Source: Ruditapes philippinarum (Eukaryota). From it: a stretch of 64,000 bases of DNA. The DNA lies in contig NW_026857880.1 of assembly GCF_026571515.1 (NCBI RefSeq), positions 496,001 to 560,000 of the forward strand, in the 5' to 3' direction. Below the pieces are notes generated by a model. The model ran no database searches. It was not told where the DNA came from and saw only the letters and a program-made list of their open reading frames with translations. The translations under genes were made by a program, and so were the position numbers. Positions 1 through 13,832 of the stretch are shown here, piece after piece; within the stretch, counting starts at the first letter, position 1; each line of letters begins with the position of its first letter.

Positions 1-214
1 AAATAAAACAAAGTTAGAATAATAATATAAGTAGCTTTGGTTCAATTGAATAACTGTAGTAAAAGTAAATCTTGAGACTTCCTATATACACAGTTTTCTT
101 TCATTAAGTCTGTAAGTAAGTGTATCCTTTTGATTCATTAAAACGAAATACATTAATTCAAAATTTCCGGAATAAGTATAATTATTCCACAGAATATTAT
201 TATGGTACAGTGTA

Positions 215-1380
215 TATAGAGGATATTTGTTTGTTTGTGTGTAAGATGAAAGTTTATTTCATCGAGTGGGCTTTAAAAACAGTATTCTCACGAGTGGCGT
301 AGCCACGAGTGAGAATACTGTTTTTAAAGTTCACGAGATGAAATAAAATTACATCTTACACAACAAACAGACAAATTTTCTTTTTATTTTATGCTTAAAA
401 ACAAGTTAAAACGAAATTTCTATAATTTTAACGTTAATATTAAAATCTGTTTCCCCCATTGAGAGCCCCATTTAGACGGAATTTCTCATTTAAAACAAGA
501 AGTCTTGAGCTGAAAAATAAGTCCGCCAATCAAGGTTAAATGACGGTGATATTTATTCATTTTATTTAAAAAAAATGAATGATCGCTTGTTTTAATAATA
601 AAAACAAACAATTCTTGTAGGAGAAAAAGTCCAACCATCCATCCTTATTTCTGTTACTTACTGCGAATTTATATTAGACCTGGCTTTGTAAAATGTAAGC
701 GGCAGCCATTTTTTAAAGTTGTGTATTTCATGGGAGGAAAATAATTCTGTAAGATTCAGAAGGATATAATTTGGGTTTGTTAGTCATACACCTTTTTAAA
801 AGAAAGAAAACTTATTTGAGGATTGTAACAGACAAAAAATAAGTGTTGACAGAAGTGAAAACATTCAGAAAAGGAGCTAGGAAAATGGAAAACTTGGAAG
901 CTTGCTAAGGAACGCTGGGTTGTTTTACTTATTTTACGAGTGATGGCTGTCAATGCTATTCAATATTTCATAAAGCATACGGCAGTTATTGCTCGTAGGA
1001 TACTTTAATATGCCCAAATGTCATCAAGAGCAATTTTGCATGTGGAAGGAATGTATATTTCAGACTGTAAAAACGAAACAAAAAAATTTAGAGACGAAAT
1101 TTGGTGATTGGAATTTGAAGGAATAGAAGTAAGTTTTCTCTCTTTATTACTTTTGACATGTAAGTTATTTATCTATTTCAGCTTTGCTATTTCTTTTAAC
1201 AGCCTGACAGAATTGTCAGTAAAAATAAAATTGAGGTACCACATGGGGAAAATCTTAAAAAAGTAGTTTCGCCATTGAAAAAAGTGAAATTATATTTTGA
1301 TAATTTTCACTGTGAAATTATCAAATATAATTTTCACGGATAAATCAGTAATCCACTGAAAAGCATAAAATAAAAAGATA
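215..1380 (+). mobile_element. Non-autonomous element with a long 5' hairpin and short internal/terminal inverted repeat (Crypton-like)
   Basis: ATAGAGGATATT start; ~75-bp-arm palindrome centred on GAGTGGCGTAGCCACGAG; TTTTATTTTATGCTT (~382) pairs with AAGCATAAAATAAAA (~1361). Family name is inference. Confidence 0.65.
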
Positions 1381-3841
1381 TATATCTGCTGTTTGTAGTT
1401 ACAAATCGATTGTTAAAAGAATTATTCAAAATACATAATACTATATGGTAAAACATCGTTGTATTTTTCCTTTGAAACTATTATTCATGTAAAAGGCCTT
1501 TGCCTTACGGTTGGATCACTATGAATATAATTGTAGCAGAATAGTATTTTTATCACCGAAACATTTTATTCTGTTTCTTTACATTATGCAAGTGTATTAA
1601 ATATAAAAGTTTCTAAGTTATTACTATTTTGAGAATCGTCAATATGATTATGGAAACAATTCAGTAATCGCCAAAGTAATGCTTCTCATCAGACGGGAAA
1701 TACTCTCCGTTGCCTTAGCTTAGCTCGAATGACGGAAAGTAGCTCAACAAGAAATCATTCATCTAAATAACTTCAATGATAAAGACACACATAAGGAATT
1801 TTATAAATTTTGTTAGAGAACATCAGTCCTCCTTAAAAGGCTAGTATAAAGTTTGCATTGGACAACGTTCATGTTTTTCATGTATGTAAGAATACCTTTC
1901 GTAAGAATCATTGCGCTTTTTTGTGAAATTTCATGAATTCTTCAGAACGTTGTTAATTAAAAATGGATCAAATGCAAATTACTTTCTATAACAACGTTAT
2001 CGTTCCTGTTAAATAAATTATACAGCACCGGTAGAATGAAAAGAAACAAAGAAAGACTACGATTTACAGGGCATATTCAGAAATGTTATAAATATGACAA
2101 TGAACCAGCAAACGCAGTTGTGTTGGCAAAAAAGTGCAGGCTACCTTTACAAGTGTAACACATAAAGGGCGTGTGACGATTTTTTAAAATCATTTATTCA
2201 TTTTATTTTTATCATTTATTCATTTATTTTTGTTTCTTTCCTATTTTTATTTATTTATTTATTTTTTTGCTGTTTATTCAGAATGCGAAAAGTTGCTTTC
2301 GACATTTTATATGTTACCCTTTCGACTTTGTCTATCATAGAGATGCTTTTATATGTATATTTGCTGTACATATTTTAAACGACCACGAATCATTTAACTT
2401 GCTTTGGCATAAAGTATCCACAGTTATAGCATCTTCTTCACCTGATCTCACTTCAACAAAATAGAGGGAAAAAAAGAAATTCAACGCAATATATTCGGGG
2501 AAAATTGAAATGTTGCAGGCATTGTTTGATTTAACTTGTTTATGGACAGTGTATGTGATGAATTGTATTTGTCGGGGTTTATATTGGACATACTGTTCTG
2601 TTTGCTGAACGATCAGTCTCACAGTTATGTTTATTCCTTATGTACAATTTTCTCGCGTATACATTTTTACTTCTAGAACTCTGATATTTAAAGTACCGGG
2701 TATTAAGAGCTCTCCTTTGACTATTGCCTTCTCTAAATTTGTTTATTGTCCTGTTTGATGCGGAAAATTGTTCAATGTTGTTTTTTATAATAAAGATAAG
2801 ATATTGTGAGAGGCATTGGAGACGGCATTCAATGTATAAATTCAATCAAAAACAGACTTTAGTTTTTCTTCCAAACTCGTCGTTTTATTACTATTCCCAA
2901 ATTTATTTCTATTGTACAGAATAATCGGACTTCCCTCTGTCATTTTCTACAAGATATGGCGGTATGGATACAAAATCGTTTAAAAAACTGGAGTCATTTG
3001 TTGTATCATTTGTCAAACTGATAATTGTTTCACATAAGGTGGGGGGTATCTTAAACAATAGAACGCACAGATATAGTAATCCCCCGCTAAAATGACAAGG
3101 TGACTCTCGAGTGACAGAAAAGAATTAACGATTGAAACAGCTAAATAGGGACGTGTAGGTGTTAAAAACCTTTTTTATTATTGGTTAAACGAAAGCAGCT
3201 AAAAGCATTTTTTCTGTGTTCTTATGTGACATTAGTGGGTCAGCGTTTGGCTGATAAAAAATAACATAATTATTGCCAACCACGTAAATGCCATTGTTCT
3301 TCATTGAACAGTCGAAACTTAAGGAGGTGGACTAAAATATTAAAGAGGCATATAACAAACACTTAATATTATTACTTATTATTATAAGATTTGATTATCG
3401 CAGCATGTGACGTGCCAACAATACAACTTAAGATACATTCAGTTACAATGTAAGATGAATTTCGTTTTGTTTTGTTTAATACAATTATAATAATTGTTAC
3501 ATGATAAATAATAAGAAAATTTAAAGGTTTTGCTATATTTATTTCACTGCATGATCAATACACGTAAATTTAAAACAATATTTCTCCTTTGCAAAACATG
3601 ACTGTCATGGACATGTAACCATTGTTAAATCACGTTGTCTATCGATTTAAGATGTCCATAAACATTTCTTTAATATTTGTCTTTAATGACGTTTGTACAA
3701 ATAGAATAAATTTTTTCGAGTTTCTCGTGTTATCGCTTGGTACCAAACATACAAAAATACAGTAAAAAACAATTCAACTGTTTACTTGCAATAGTTGATA
3801 TTTACAATGACCGATAGAAAGGTAGCATAGTTAATTTGTAA

Positions 3842-6800
3842 TCATCGTTTATCTGTCAAAACTTTAGGAGGATTGGTGTTGCAACTTCCGCTGCATATTA
3901 GGCACCACACTGAAAAACAGAAAATGCATTTAGACATTTTAACAAATCATAAATAAGTTTATTCTTAAACAAAAAAACAGACATTTATCAAACAAGGTGC
4001 AAACTATTATCTCATTTGAGTATATTTGATTAACCAGACGACATACAGTATCTTTTGTCAATGTGCCAAAATTATATCATGTCTGGGGCCTTTTTGTTCA
4101 TTGACATGCTCTTAAAATATCGTTTTTGTTCTGTGTAATTTATTTCATCTTATCTTGTATAATAAATATATTTATTATACTTTGTTCACATGAGAGTGAC
4201 CGATTTATAATTTGATTCATCATTTGTTTTCTTAATAAACCATCATGAGAAAATAATTCATTAATTATCAAGAGAAAATAATGATCCTATTCGAGTCTAA
4301 GTTTTTTGTGAACCAAATTCATTTTTTTTTTGTAAAATTAAACATTAATTGAATATGTCATATAAGTAACAAATTTAAGTAAACAAATGCAATGTAGACA
4401 CAAAGACATTTACCACTCTCTTCCTCAAAAGCAATAGTCTCTCTTTTACTGCGCATTGTGTAGTCTTTCTCAACAAACACCGACTCGTAGTCTTTACAGA
4501 AGGCAGCTATCCGTTCTCCGTACATTACCACTTCTGACGGTTCTACAAACGTCTTTGACGTGCACTTGAATGTCTGCCTGATTTCATAGTCACCATTGTC
4601 CTGAATTTAAGCACAAGGTGTCTATACATTTCATACAAATAATTGATTGATAAAGTTAGATGTTAAAATTAACATTTGTGTAGCAAATAAAATTAAAATA
4701 TTCAATTATATAACATGGTCCCATGTAAAAGGCAAGAATGGTCATTATGATTCCGATTATTTTAATGTTCGAGCTATTTATCACATACCAAACTTAGTAT
4801 GCATACACAATATAGGTCAAATCGATTATATTTAGACAAGAACTGCATCTAAATTTCACAACTTACTCTTTCTGCTTGATAAAGAATATCTGTCAAATAG
4901 TCCATTGAATGTCTAGTTTTCTCTATGTAACAAACGCCCTTCTCAACAAGTTTAATGACACTGTATCCCTAAAATGTAATACTTTGTTTTAAAATCTCAA
5001 AATAAATACTTGCTTTAAATAGAAAGGTTGTTTTGTTTGCTGTTGTTTTTATTTCTAGAGAGAGTTATAGGAACAAAATAATGAGATGGGACTCTTCTGT
5101 TCATTAGAAATAAGGAATGGTACGACGTATATTGAAATATTCTCTAAGGAATTAAATCTAATTGATGAATAGTAATCATTTGGTATGTGAACATACCATA
5201 TATAGTTGCTTATTGATGCAAATATGCAGTATTTAAATTAAAATGTAAATATACCACAGAAAAGTCATGGAACGCAATAGATGGTGTGACTTTCTTGGAT
5301 GTTACTTTGGCGACGGTTGCTATGATCAGTTCTGCTTCCTCGTCAATCATCACATCCTCGTAGGCCCTTACAGCATCTCCAATATGTCCTACCACTCTTC
5401 GATACTGAATAAAGGATGTACATTAGCAGTTATTATTATTTCCATAGGTCACGTCTTTTATTATAATAGGTTAATTTCCGGATGATACAAAAGTCAATGT
5501 TGTATTTAAAAAAAAAGATATACTGGCATGCGAGCAGTTCCCGTACAAAAATCATAGTTACTTAAACATTATTTTTTATTACGATCACTCACCAAAATTT
5601 AAATGTTACACATCAATATTCGGCTCGTAACACAAATCATGGAAATTCCATCATGTTCTAAACATAGAATAACCCTTACTTATGAGGCCTCAAATGGGGT
5701 ACCGAAATTATCCATTATTTTGTATGAAGAGAAGTAGTTCCCGTACATAAAATCTAACCCATTGTAATTATATAAGTTTATTATATCGGACCTATTTTTC
5801 ATTTACAATTGTTGAACAGACCATTATCTAAGAGATAAATAGATGTAATTCAGGAAATAGAGCGTAGACTAAACGCGGGTATCTATTACCCGGTACCGTT
5901 ACCCCAACGCATTCACATGCAATAGCATGCTTGTATGCATGATATTTTACGTATCAAAGCCATAAAATTATTTTATATAGTAATATTGGTCAAAATTCTG
6001 ATAATTAAACAAGTTTTCATCACATTGCCTACTTATCTGTAAACAGGTGGTATTAGTGGAAAACCCTTTAACAAGCCTCACGTGTAAGTATTTTTGCGCA
6101 TGCGCGCAAGGACGGAATCCCCCAGAGAAAACAAGGTCACGTTTTGACGACGCACAGGTGGAAGTGATTTAAAATGAGACTTTTTATACGTACTACCGAA
6201 CTGACACTTAGATTTTGTCTTGTTTATGTATCTGCTTAATTTGAAATGAATTTTTGAAGAATGCAAGTAAAAATCAAGCGTTTAAATGAAAAATACGGGT
6301 ACTGCTTCTGTACGGGAACTGCTCGCATGCCAGTATATATATAAATTATCAAATGTCAAAAATCATTAATTGAACAAAACGCCGCTTTCGATAAAAGTAT
6401 TATGGAATATTGCCTTAATGTATCGTGTAGGGAATCAGCTTTGGACTATTAAACGTTTTTAGACATTCTTTTCGCAATTAATATGATGGTTAAATCGTGA
6501 CTTAAATTCAAGCATTAATGGCACTTTTACTGGTAAGTCTTTGAGTTGCAAAAAATGGATAGTGATACAGATACCAAGAGCTAAACCGTTTCTGACATCA
6601 ATAAATGCTTTCTTCAACAAAATAATCTTAATAACAACAGATTGGATGGTTATTTGAACATTGCAAAATATTTGGAAAATGAACTTACCTCTGGTACTGC
6701 TTCGGTCCTTAAGATAACACAGGCAAGAACAAAAATGATATACCTTGAGTTTTCCTGTGAATACACAAAACGGTTACTGTAACAAAATAGATTTGAAATG

Positions 6801-7636
6801 ACAATGTGAATTTATCGGAAATAAGTTAAGCACACACGACATTTTGCCTCAATTTTGACATAACCACAACCAGAATGTTTAATTTCATTTGGGCAAACTT
6901 GTAAGAACCATCTGTAAAAAAAACCTGCAACAACTGGAACAAGCTCTGCACCACGAATGGCAAGCTTTTACTAAAAATCGCATTAGACGCCTTACTTGTA
7001 GTATGAGGAGAAGGGTTGAGGCTATTATCCGAGCATGTGACGGTTACAAACGTTATTAAAAATTTGACTACATAATGTAATTTTAGATTACGCAATCGTC
7101 AACATTTTCCAACAATAACCACGAGTAAATGTTTTGTAAACGTTCCAACACCATACTTATAAACATTAATATGTTTGGTAAAAAACATCACATTTCCTTA
7201 TGCTGCAATCATTTCATTAAGCATAAACCTAACTTATAGATTTCTTGGTTTATAATCTTGGTATCGCTACTTATCAAATTACTTTTACTTAGCTCAATTA
7301 AGTCGTTATCTCATGACAGTGCTTTTAATCAAAACCAATTTTAAATTTCCGGGGTGTGCTTCACTTATTTCCAGGTGTATATATTTCTGTTAAATGTTCT
7401 TGTAAATATTATGAAATTCAAAACCTGACATGACGCGTATAAAACAAGACCTGTTTCTTATCGTCTGTGAATTTAATACATACGTAAAATGTAGTTTGAA
7501 CTCATTATCTCCAATTAGGATAATGTGGATAATTTAAAAGTATTGCATTTACAAATTTAATAAAGTGATGTTTAATCATGATTTATTTTAAACAATTGAA
7601 GAAGAAAATAAAATTTAAAGAAACTCCACTTACCAT
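3842..7636 (-). CDS. Secreted BRICHOS-domain precursor, paralog 1 (191 aa, 6 exons)
   Basis: Exons 7636-7634 (ATG|GTAAGT), 6754-6689, 5404-5255, 4968-4867, 4600-4414, 3909-3842, all GT-AG with consistent phases. Protein: M-ENSRYIIFVLACVILRTEAVPE (signal-like) ...SIAFHDFSVGYSVIKLVEKGVCYI... GERIAAFCKDYESVFV (BRICHOS HDF, CY and FC hallmarks) ...RSKR / ETIAFEEESVWCLICSGSCNTNPPKVLTDKR*. Confidence 0.88.
5523..6333. mobile_element. MITE with 25-bp TIRs and TA target-site duplication, in intron 2 of BRICHOS paralog 1
   Basis: CTGGCATGCGAGCAGTTCCCGTACA ... TGTACGGGAACTGCTCGCATGCCAG; absent from paralog 2. Confidence 0.88.
6817..7380 (+). mobile_element. Internally deleted Tc1/mariner element
   Basis: Transposase C-terminus NLQQLEQALHHEWQAFTKNRIRRLTCSMRRRVEAIIRACDGYKRY* at ~6921-7059; right TIR ACTTATTTCCAGGTGTA; left TIR damaged. 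Confidence 0.8.
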
Positions 7637-7707
7637 TGCTTTTCTTGTTATTGCTTTATTCTAACAGCAGGAACTTGAATAATGGAGAAAAAAATATGAT
7701 GCGATGT

Positions 7708-7715
7708 TATTTATA
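7708..7715 (-). promoter_or_regulatory. TATA box of BRICHOS paralog 1
   Basis: TATAAATA about 70 nt upstream of the ATG exon, conserved in paralog 2. Confidence 0.55.
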
Positions 7716-10187
7716 GGTTTTCCAAAACCATTCAGTATGATGTTATAGCTACAGTTTTTCAACATGTATTGTTTACAAAATTGCTAAAATATTAGGTTAG
7801 TAATTTAAAATACGTCAAGAGATTCCTATCATCCAAGTGTGAGTAAACAGTCCAACTGAAACCTTCAAATACCTTAGCTTTTACACCCTCCAAGATTGCA
7901 AGATTACACAAATTCTCGAAAGACAAATGTAAACGGGTCCAAAACAAAATCGTGATATAAAAAATAAATTGTTTTTTCAACGTTGCGCTTATGAAATTAC
8001 CCGATGATTAGGACTTCTTCATAGAAGTGTCGTGTGACGAAAATGACCAAATTCAATGTAATTTACTCAATCCTTAGTACTCAAACTTTCCAATCAGTTT
8101 CACAAACTTAAATCACATACTTGATACTACTTTCCTTTCGAAAAATTTGAGAAATAGATGTATCAAAATCTTTTAGAGTTTTAGAGTTCGTTTTATAATG
8201 TAAAGACAAAATGATATCAGAATGGAAACAAAAATATTTTTATCTTATTTATCTTTAAATTATTATAACCATAATTGAAATTTTAGTTTTGGTTATTTTT
8301 GAATAATAATATGCTCTCATTTAATGATATAATTATGTGACTTTCGGGAAGTCTAGACAGTGACATAATTGTCACGTTGGAATTTAATATAGCATCAATG
8401 ATTTTTGTGTCATAAAAAATATAAAAGAGTTTTTTCTACTTGTAGTCAGCACCACGAAGCAAATAATATTTTAGAAAGGCCTACTGCCCTTAACAAGAAC
8501 ATGTAACAACACAAAAAAGGTTAGAAAGTCACAATTTACAGGAAACCATAATTCTGATAATCCAGACAAAGAGTAACTAGACTAGGCTTAAATTTTGGAC
8601 AAGGATGTTTGGATATTTTTTTACGTTTCAATAAAATAACATATGAAAACAGAACAATACGGTTGAACGTAACGGCTATCTCTTTATCAAAAGGAAAAAA
8701 AAAACAACTTTAAGTTAGTCAGTTTAAAACGGGTTCGTTTGAATACCTTAAATTGTTAAATAGGGTGAACACATTTTTTTCTCTTCTAATGAATGCAAAT
8801 TACAAAATGAAATGGGTGTTTGAAAGAAAATTGTAAAAGAAATTAAAATTAATATGGAGATATAAATGCCACAATATCACTTGCTGTTTACCAATACAGC
8901 ATAATTTATTTTCTTTATGAATTATTTAGAACCCGTTTGTTTTCTTGCTGCAAGCAGCTTATCAATTTATATTGAAAAGCAAAAGAAAAACATTTTTAGG
9001 AAAGTGACTAGCGAAAAAAAAAATTCGGTTGTTTACTTGTATATGTGTGATAAATTGTTCTTTGAATTGTAAAAATAAAGATTACCTTTGGTTCAGCCTT
9101 TGTTGTGGAAAGAAAAGCAAACACAGCTACGATTGTTATCTTCTTCTGAAAATCAATAAGAATGAAACTTAATAATCGATTGTTTATCCTTATTTACTTA
9201 GTTATACTGCTTATAATTTAAAATACATTTATGTACATATCATTTGATTGATTAATCTATCATGATTCTAGATAGCATTTTCTTCTATTTTTTCAATTAA
9301 TTGTTACAACAAAGGTAGAAAACTTTTGATTACTGCAGGATAATATTAAAACAGCACGCCTCCATAAGAACAAAAAATCTCTCATTGTGCTAATTCTTCA
9401 AAGCTCACTTTATATACATACAAACGCTTTAAAAACGTTCATTTTAACGTTTTGCTTCAAAAACAGACAGAGCGATTTTTCACAATCGGGTTACATTTTA
9501 TCATATGAAGTGATTCTTTCATCCAGGTTACCTTGTGATGGCAAAGGACACTATCTGGATCAATGATCCGGAACGCAAGTCATTTTGATGTTTGCAGACC
9601 TCTCTTTCACACGTACATATGTTAAAAACATAATTTACTTTTTTATTTATACCGGTTTCCACGTTAGAAACACAGTAGATTGCAAAGAAATGCAGGTTTT
9701 ATGGACTTTTTTGTCAAATTTCTTTCTTGAACTATAAGGTCTAGTAGTGTGTTGGTTTATGTTATCAGTAATTATCAGTTTTAAGAATGATCTTTGTTAA
9801 TTAAGAAGTTGAAATCTAATATATGAATTTTGATAATGACAATGACAATGAGTTTATTAGTAATATAAGGCCTTCAGCCCAAAATACATTCAGAATTTTA
9901 ATTTAACAAAGAGTGAGATATAAATATATATAATATACATAGTTATGAGTATATTTACAATGAATTAGTTTAATGGTAATTGAATATTTAAGTTGAAATA
10001 AAGGTAATATTAATTAAATATATAATGTACAAATGCCAATATGATTAATATCAGTGTTGAAGAGGTAACTATTAATTTATATATAATATTTAAACATAAA
10101 GGTAATTGGTTACATAGAGAAACGGTCGTTTCAACAAATTCATGGCACATAAATAAATTAAAAACATTACAATACATGTATATATGT

Positions 10188-10874
10188 TTAAATGTGTTCA
10201 GTTAATTGAAGTTTTCTTAAACTATTTGCTTCATAGATAAATTTTGCCAGTTTTCTAATATTGTCTTTCGCTGTATCTGACATTATAGTATTAAAGCGTT
10301 CATTACTGTTTAGAATCACATTCCAATTACAAAAAATTAAGTGTTTGTGTCTAAGGTCGTTGTACAGCTGACAGTCAATCAAAAAATGCACTTCATTTTC
10401 CACAACATACGCATTACGTTTAACACAAAATGAACAAAATCTAAATTCTCTCTCAATATTTAAGTGCCTTCCTGTTTCAGTTTTCAAGTCATGGCCACTG
10501 CATCTAAAATTTGCTAATGCGCGTTTATATTTATAAGGCATACTCAGTGACAAATAACATTCGTCAGTAATAGATGTTTTATAAATTCTGTAACTAATTG
10601 CTTTAGGCGATGAATTAATGTCAGACATTATCTCTTGTCTACAGCAGTCTGAGACTCGTGTCCTAAATACTTGCATGAATGTATCAACATTTCCGACTCC
10701 GTTCGCTGTCCATGCGTAACCAAGGCCTAATTGAAATAACATGCGTTTAACATGAGTTGCCCATGTGATTCGTCCTTGTTCATCTAAGTTTCTAAGCATA
10801 ATATAGCATTGTCTTGGTAACCGATATTGTGGCATTTCCGTTAATTTCAGCCAGTACTTAACACATTTAGACAT
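10188..10874 (-). pseudogene. LINE ORF2, C-terminal zinc-knuckle part
   Basis: ANFRCSGHDLKTETGR...FCSFC...ENEVHFLIDC; a second frameshift lies near 10906. Confidence 0.85.
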
Positions 10875-10905
10875 ATATGTTACACTAATTGGAAGGCGTC
10901 CGCAT

Positions 10906-12126
10906 TCAGTAAGGGCGAAGAAACTTGCAATTAACGTTTTGATTTAAACATGCTATCCTTTTGCAAAATGATATATGCACATTTTCGATCTGTCGAGATG
11001 TGTTATATCCCCAAATCTCTGATGAGTAAGTCAAAATGGGTTTTACCATAGCATCGAATAGTTTGAAAGCATCATTAACACTAAAATAACCAAAATGTTT
11101 CTGATAAGCATAAATAACATTAACAGCCTTGGTCGCCTGTATGGCTAGTACATATTTCGTTTTAGTCCATGAGAGTTTCGGGGTAAAGTATGCTCCTAGG
11201 TATTTGTAACAATTGACAACTTCTATTTCATTTTCATTATACATCAATTGCTCATATTGTCTTAGTGGACCGCCATTTCTGAAAACGATTATCTTAGATT
11301 TATCAAGGTTTATACACATCCCAGTTTCAGCACAATAATTACTTATTTCATTTATTTGTCTTTGGAGATTTATAGCCGTGTGTGCAATACTGGAGACATC
11401 ATCAGCAAATAATAAACAATACATCTCTCCTGTATGTTGTGAGATAGTGATTCCATTTTGACATTTATTATTTAAGTATTTCACAAGGTCATTTATGTAT
11501 AGGTTAAAAATGATTGATGACGTCACACAACCTTGTTTTGTTCCTTTGGCGCACTGAAAGAAATCAGTCAGCCCGTTCATCGTAGGTCCTGATACTTTTA
11601 CACATGACCGAAGTTGAGAATAAATATTTCGGAATAACGTTAGAAATCTGCCTTCAGGGGATATTCCCTTCCTTTCTAAACTTTCCCATATTTTGAAATG
11701 TACACAATTGTCAAAGGCCTTAAGAAAGTCAACGTAAAACACATATAATCGTCCTCTTGATTTACTAATATATTTTTGTACTATAGATTGAAGATTAAAA
11801 ATGTTATCAATAGTTGAATAATTACTCCTAAAACCAGCTTGGCATTCATCTATAATGTTATTCAATTCTGCCCACTTGGTCAAACGATTTGCGAGGATTT
11901 TCATAAAAATTTTACTCAAGCTATTTCCTACAGAAATTGCCCTGTAATTATTCGGATCGGATTTATTTCCTTTCTTGTGTACTGGGGTAACAATGCTTTC
12001 TGCCCAGGTAGGTGGGAAATGTCCCGTATGTAGTATATTGTTGAATAATTTATTCAAGTATGGTATTGTTAAATATATAGTACCTTTGAACATTCTATGC
12101 ATATTCCATCCACTCCTGTAGCGCAA
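10906..12126 (-). pseudogene. LINE ORF2, reverse transcriptase part
   Basis: Motifs PVHKKG, NYRAIS, QAGFR, FYVDFLKAFD, GTKQG, LLFADD and YKYLG. Confidence 0.93.
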
Positions 12127-13451
12127 TTATTTTTCAAGGAATTAACACTTATCATGATTTCGTCGTCTGTGACGTCACAATCAAGATCTGTGTCATCTAT
12201 TCTATCATAAAGACTATTGAATATATCTTGATTATTTAAAACTTGATTGTTTTCAGAAAATAGCTCGCTTAAGTAGGAAATGTTATGTTGTGTTCGTCTA
12301 AATTTACGCAAACTGCTATATTTCAGTTGTTTCATCTTTGCACATTCCGAGTCCCACCAACGCGGTTGTTCATGATGTGCCTCCAGACTTCTGTTTTTAC
12401 CTTTATATACTTTTAAAAGCATGTTTTTACCGGCGATTTTAAATAGGTCTATAAAAGTTGTACATGTGTTGTAGATATTTTCCTCTTGAATAATATCATT
12501 ATAAAAGGTTTCAAATAATGGTGTGAATTTTTGTATAAATGTATCTCTGAGCGACTCTTTCCATTTATACGTTTGATGTTCATAAAGGTTCGGAAATGAG
12601 TGAAATTCCGTTGAATTCACGTTTACAGTATCAAGTAGAATTTCACAGGTAACCGGAAAATGATCTGATAAATCAAAGTCTTCAACACTAAAGTCTTGTA
12701 TACGATCAAATATGTCGGTCGACGCAATAAAATAGTCAACAACACTCAATCCTCCATTTGCTGTACATGTAAAGTTCCCGGTTGTATCTCTAAATAGACG
12801 TCCATTAAGAATATGAATCCCTAATGTACAACACATTTCAATAAGCGATATACCGTAACGGTTGCTTTTTTCATCGCGATTTTTTCTGTTCATATCAAAT
12901 ATGTCACCGGGATAATCTGTGCATGAGTTAAATACGTGATCAATGTCGTCATCTATTATGATATCTTCTAGGTTTCCGGTTCGAGCATTTAAGTCCCCAG
13001 CTACAATGAGGGACACATCACCAAGGTTTGAGATAATACATGTCAGTTTTTGAGAAAGGATATCTATACCGTTTTCCGACGTGTCTTGGTAAAGAGGTGA
13101 ATTCTCCGGTGCAACGTAGCAGAAAAATAACACAATACTCTTTTCTAATTTTGCAATATGCTTATCAATATAAAGGACAATACATTCTTTGAATTCCGGG
13201 TATATACGTTTAACAATGGCATTATTACATAATTCATTCCTTATAAAGACTGATACTCCACCTGAGCCTCGATAACATTTTGATGTTCTTGGGCAATCAT
13301 AATTTGTGAAGCCAGGTAATAAATTATCATAGTTATCATGCGTTGTTTGCCAAGTTTCACAAATGCAGACGACATCATATTTATTGCAAAATGTAATAAA
13401 TTCGTTGTGTTTGTTGTATTTACGTAATCCTTGAATATTTAATGAACACAA
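12069..13451 (-). pseudogene. LINE ORF2, apurinic endonuclease part
   Basis: Motifs LNIQGL, CICETW, GGVSVF, AGDLNARTG, SVVDYF and SDHFPV; frameshifted relative to the RT. Confidence 0.9.
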
Positions 13452-13496
13452 TTTTAAACTGTCATATTTACACGATTTTGGGCTTTGGCCGAATTC

Positions 13497-13832
13497 CTAT
13501 TTTTTAACAGAAACGGGACACTTTTTGTCTTTGCAATATGTGTAAATTTCATTATCAACAATCAGTTTATCATACTTAAAATATGCTGATTTGCCAGAGT
13601 CCAGACATTCTTTAAAAAATGGATATAATTCGGATCTTGCTAATGATATTCTATGGGGAAGGTCTTCTGATATACGAAACGGCAAGTCAGTTGACTTTCT
13701 TTTTGAGCGAAAAGCTGTGACAATGGCTTTTCGGTCAGCATAGTGTGCGAATCTAGCAAAAACCATTCTACTTCCTGATTTACGATATAGGTCATCAAAT
13801 TTTATATCTGAATCATCTACGCCATGACTGTC
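13497..13832 (-). pseudogene. LINE ORF1 C-terminal fragment
   Basis: ...IKFDDLYR..RMVFARFAHYADRKAIV...FRISEDLP...AYFKYDKLIVD, typical of an ORF1 RRM/CTD region. Confidence 0.7.

Larger units (their letters stand above)
2610..8792. repeat. Segmental duplication, copy A (paired with ~15585-21884)
   Basis: Colinear similarity across flanks, introns and exons. Similarity stops sharply after ...CTAATGA at ~8792 and ~21884. Confidence 0.9.
9837..13832 (-). mobile_element. 5'-truncated, degenerate non-LTR retrotransposon (LINE, RTE-X-like)
   Basis: ORF1 C-terminal fragment followed by APE endonuclease, RT and a C-terminal CCHC region. AATAAA is followed by a (TCATTG)n tail at ~9837-9858. Apparent 8-bp target-site duplication TTTGATAA at 9829-9836 and 13833-13840. 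The clade call rests on the C-terminal ETGR...RFCxxC...ENExHFLxxC motif. Confidence 0.92.

Noticed and set aside
1400-2600. Searched for exons 3-6 of the orphan fourth BRICHOS paralog
   Set aside because: No HDF, CY, FC or C-x2-C-x-G-x-C exon with proper splice sites was recognised.
4350-4413. Read-through of BRICHOS exon 5 gives a hydrophobic tail (GKCLCVYIAFVYLNLLLI*, similar in paralog 2), suggesting a membrane isoform
   Set aside because: T-rich intron sequence encodes hydrophobic residues by default, and a good donor plus a conserved Cys exon exist in all three paralogs.
7716-7724. TGGAAAACC next to the TATA box of paralogs 1 and 2 as an NF-kB/NFAT immune element
   Set aside because: Short partial match shared only through the duplication; insufficient evidence.
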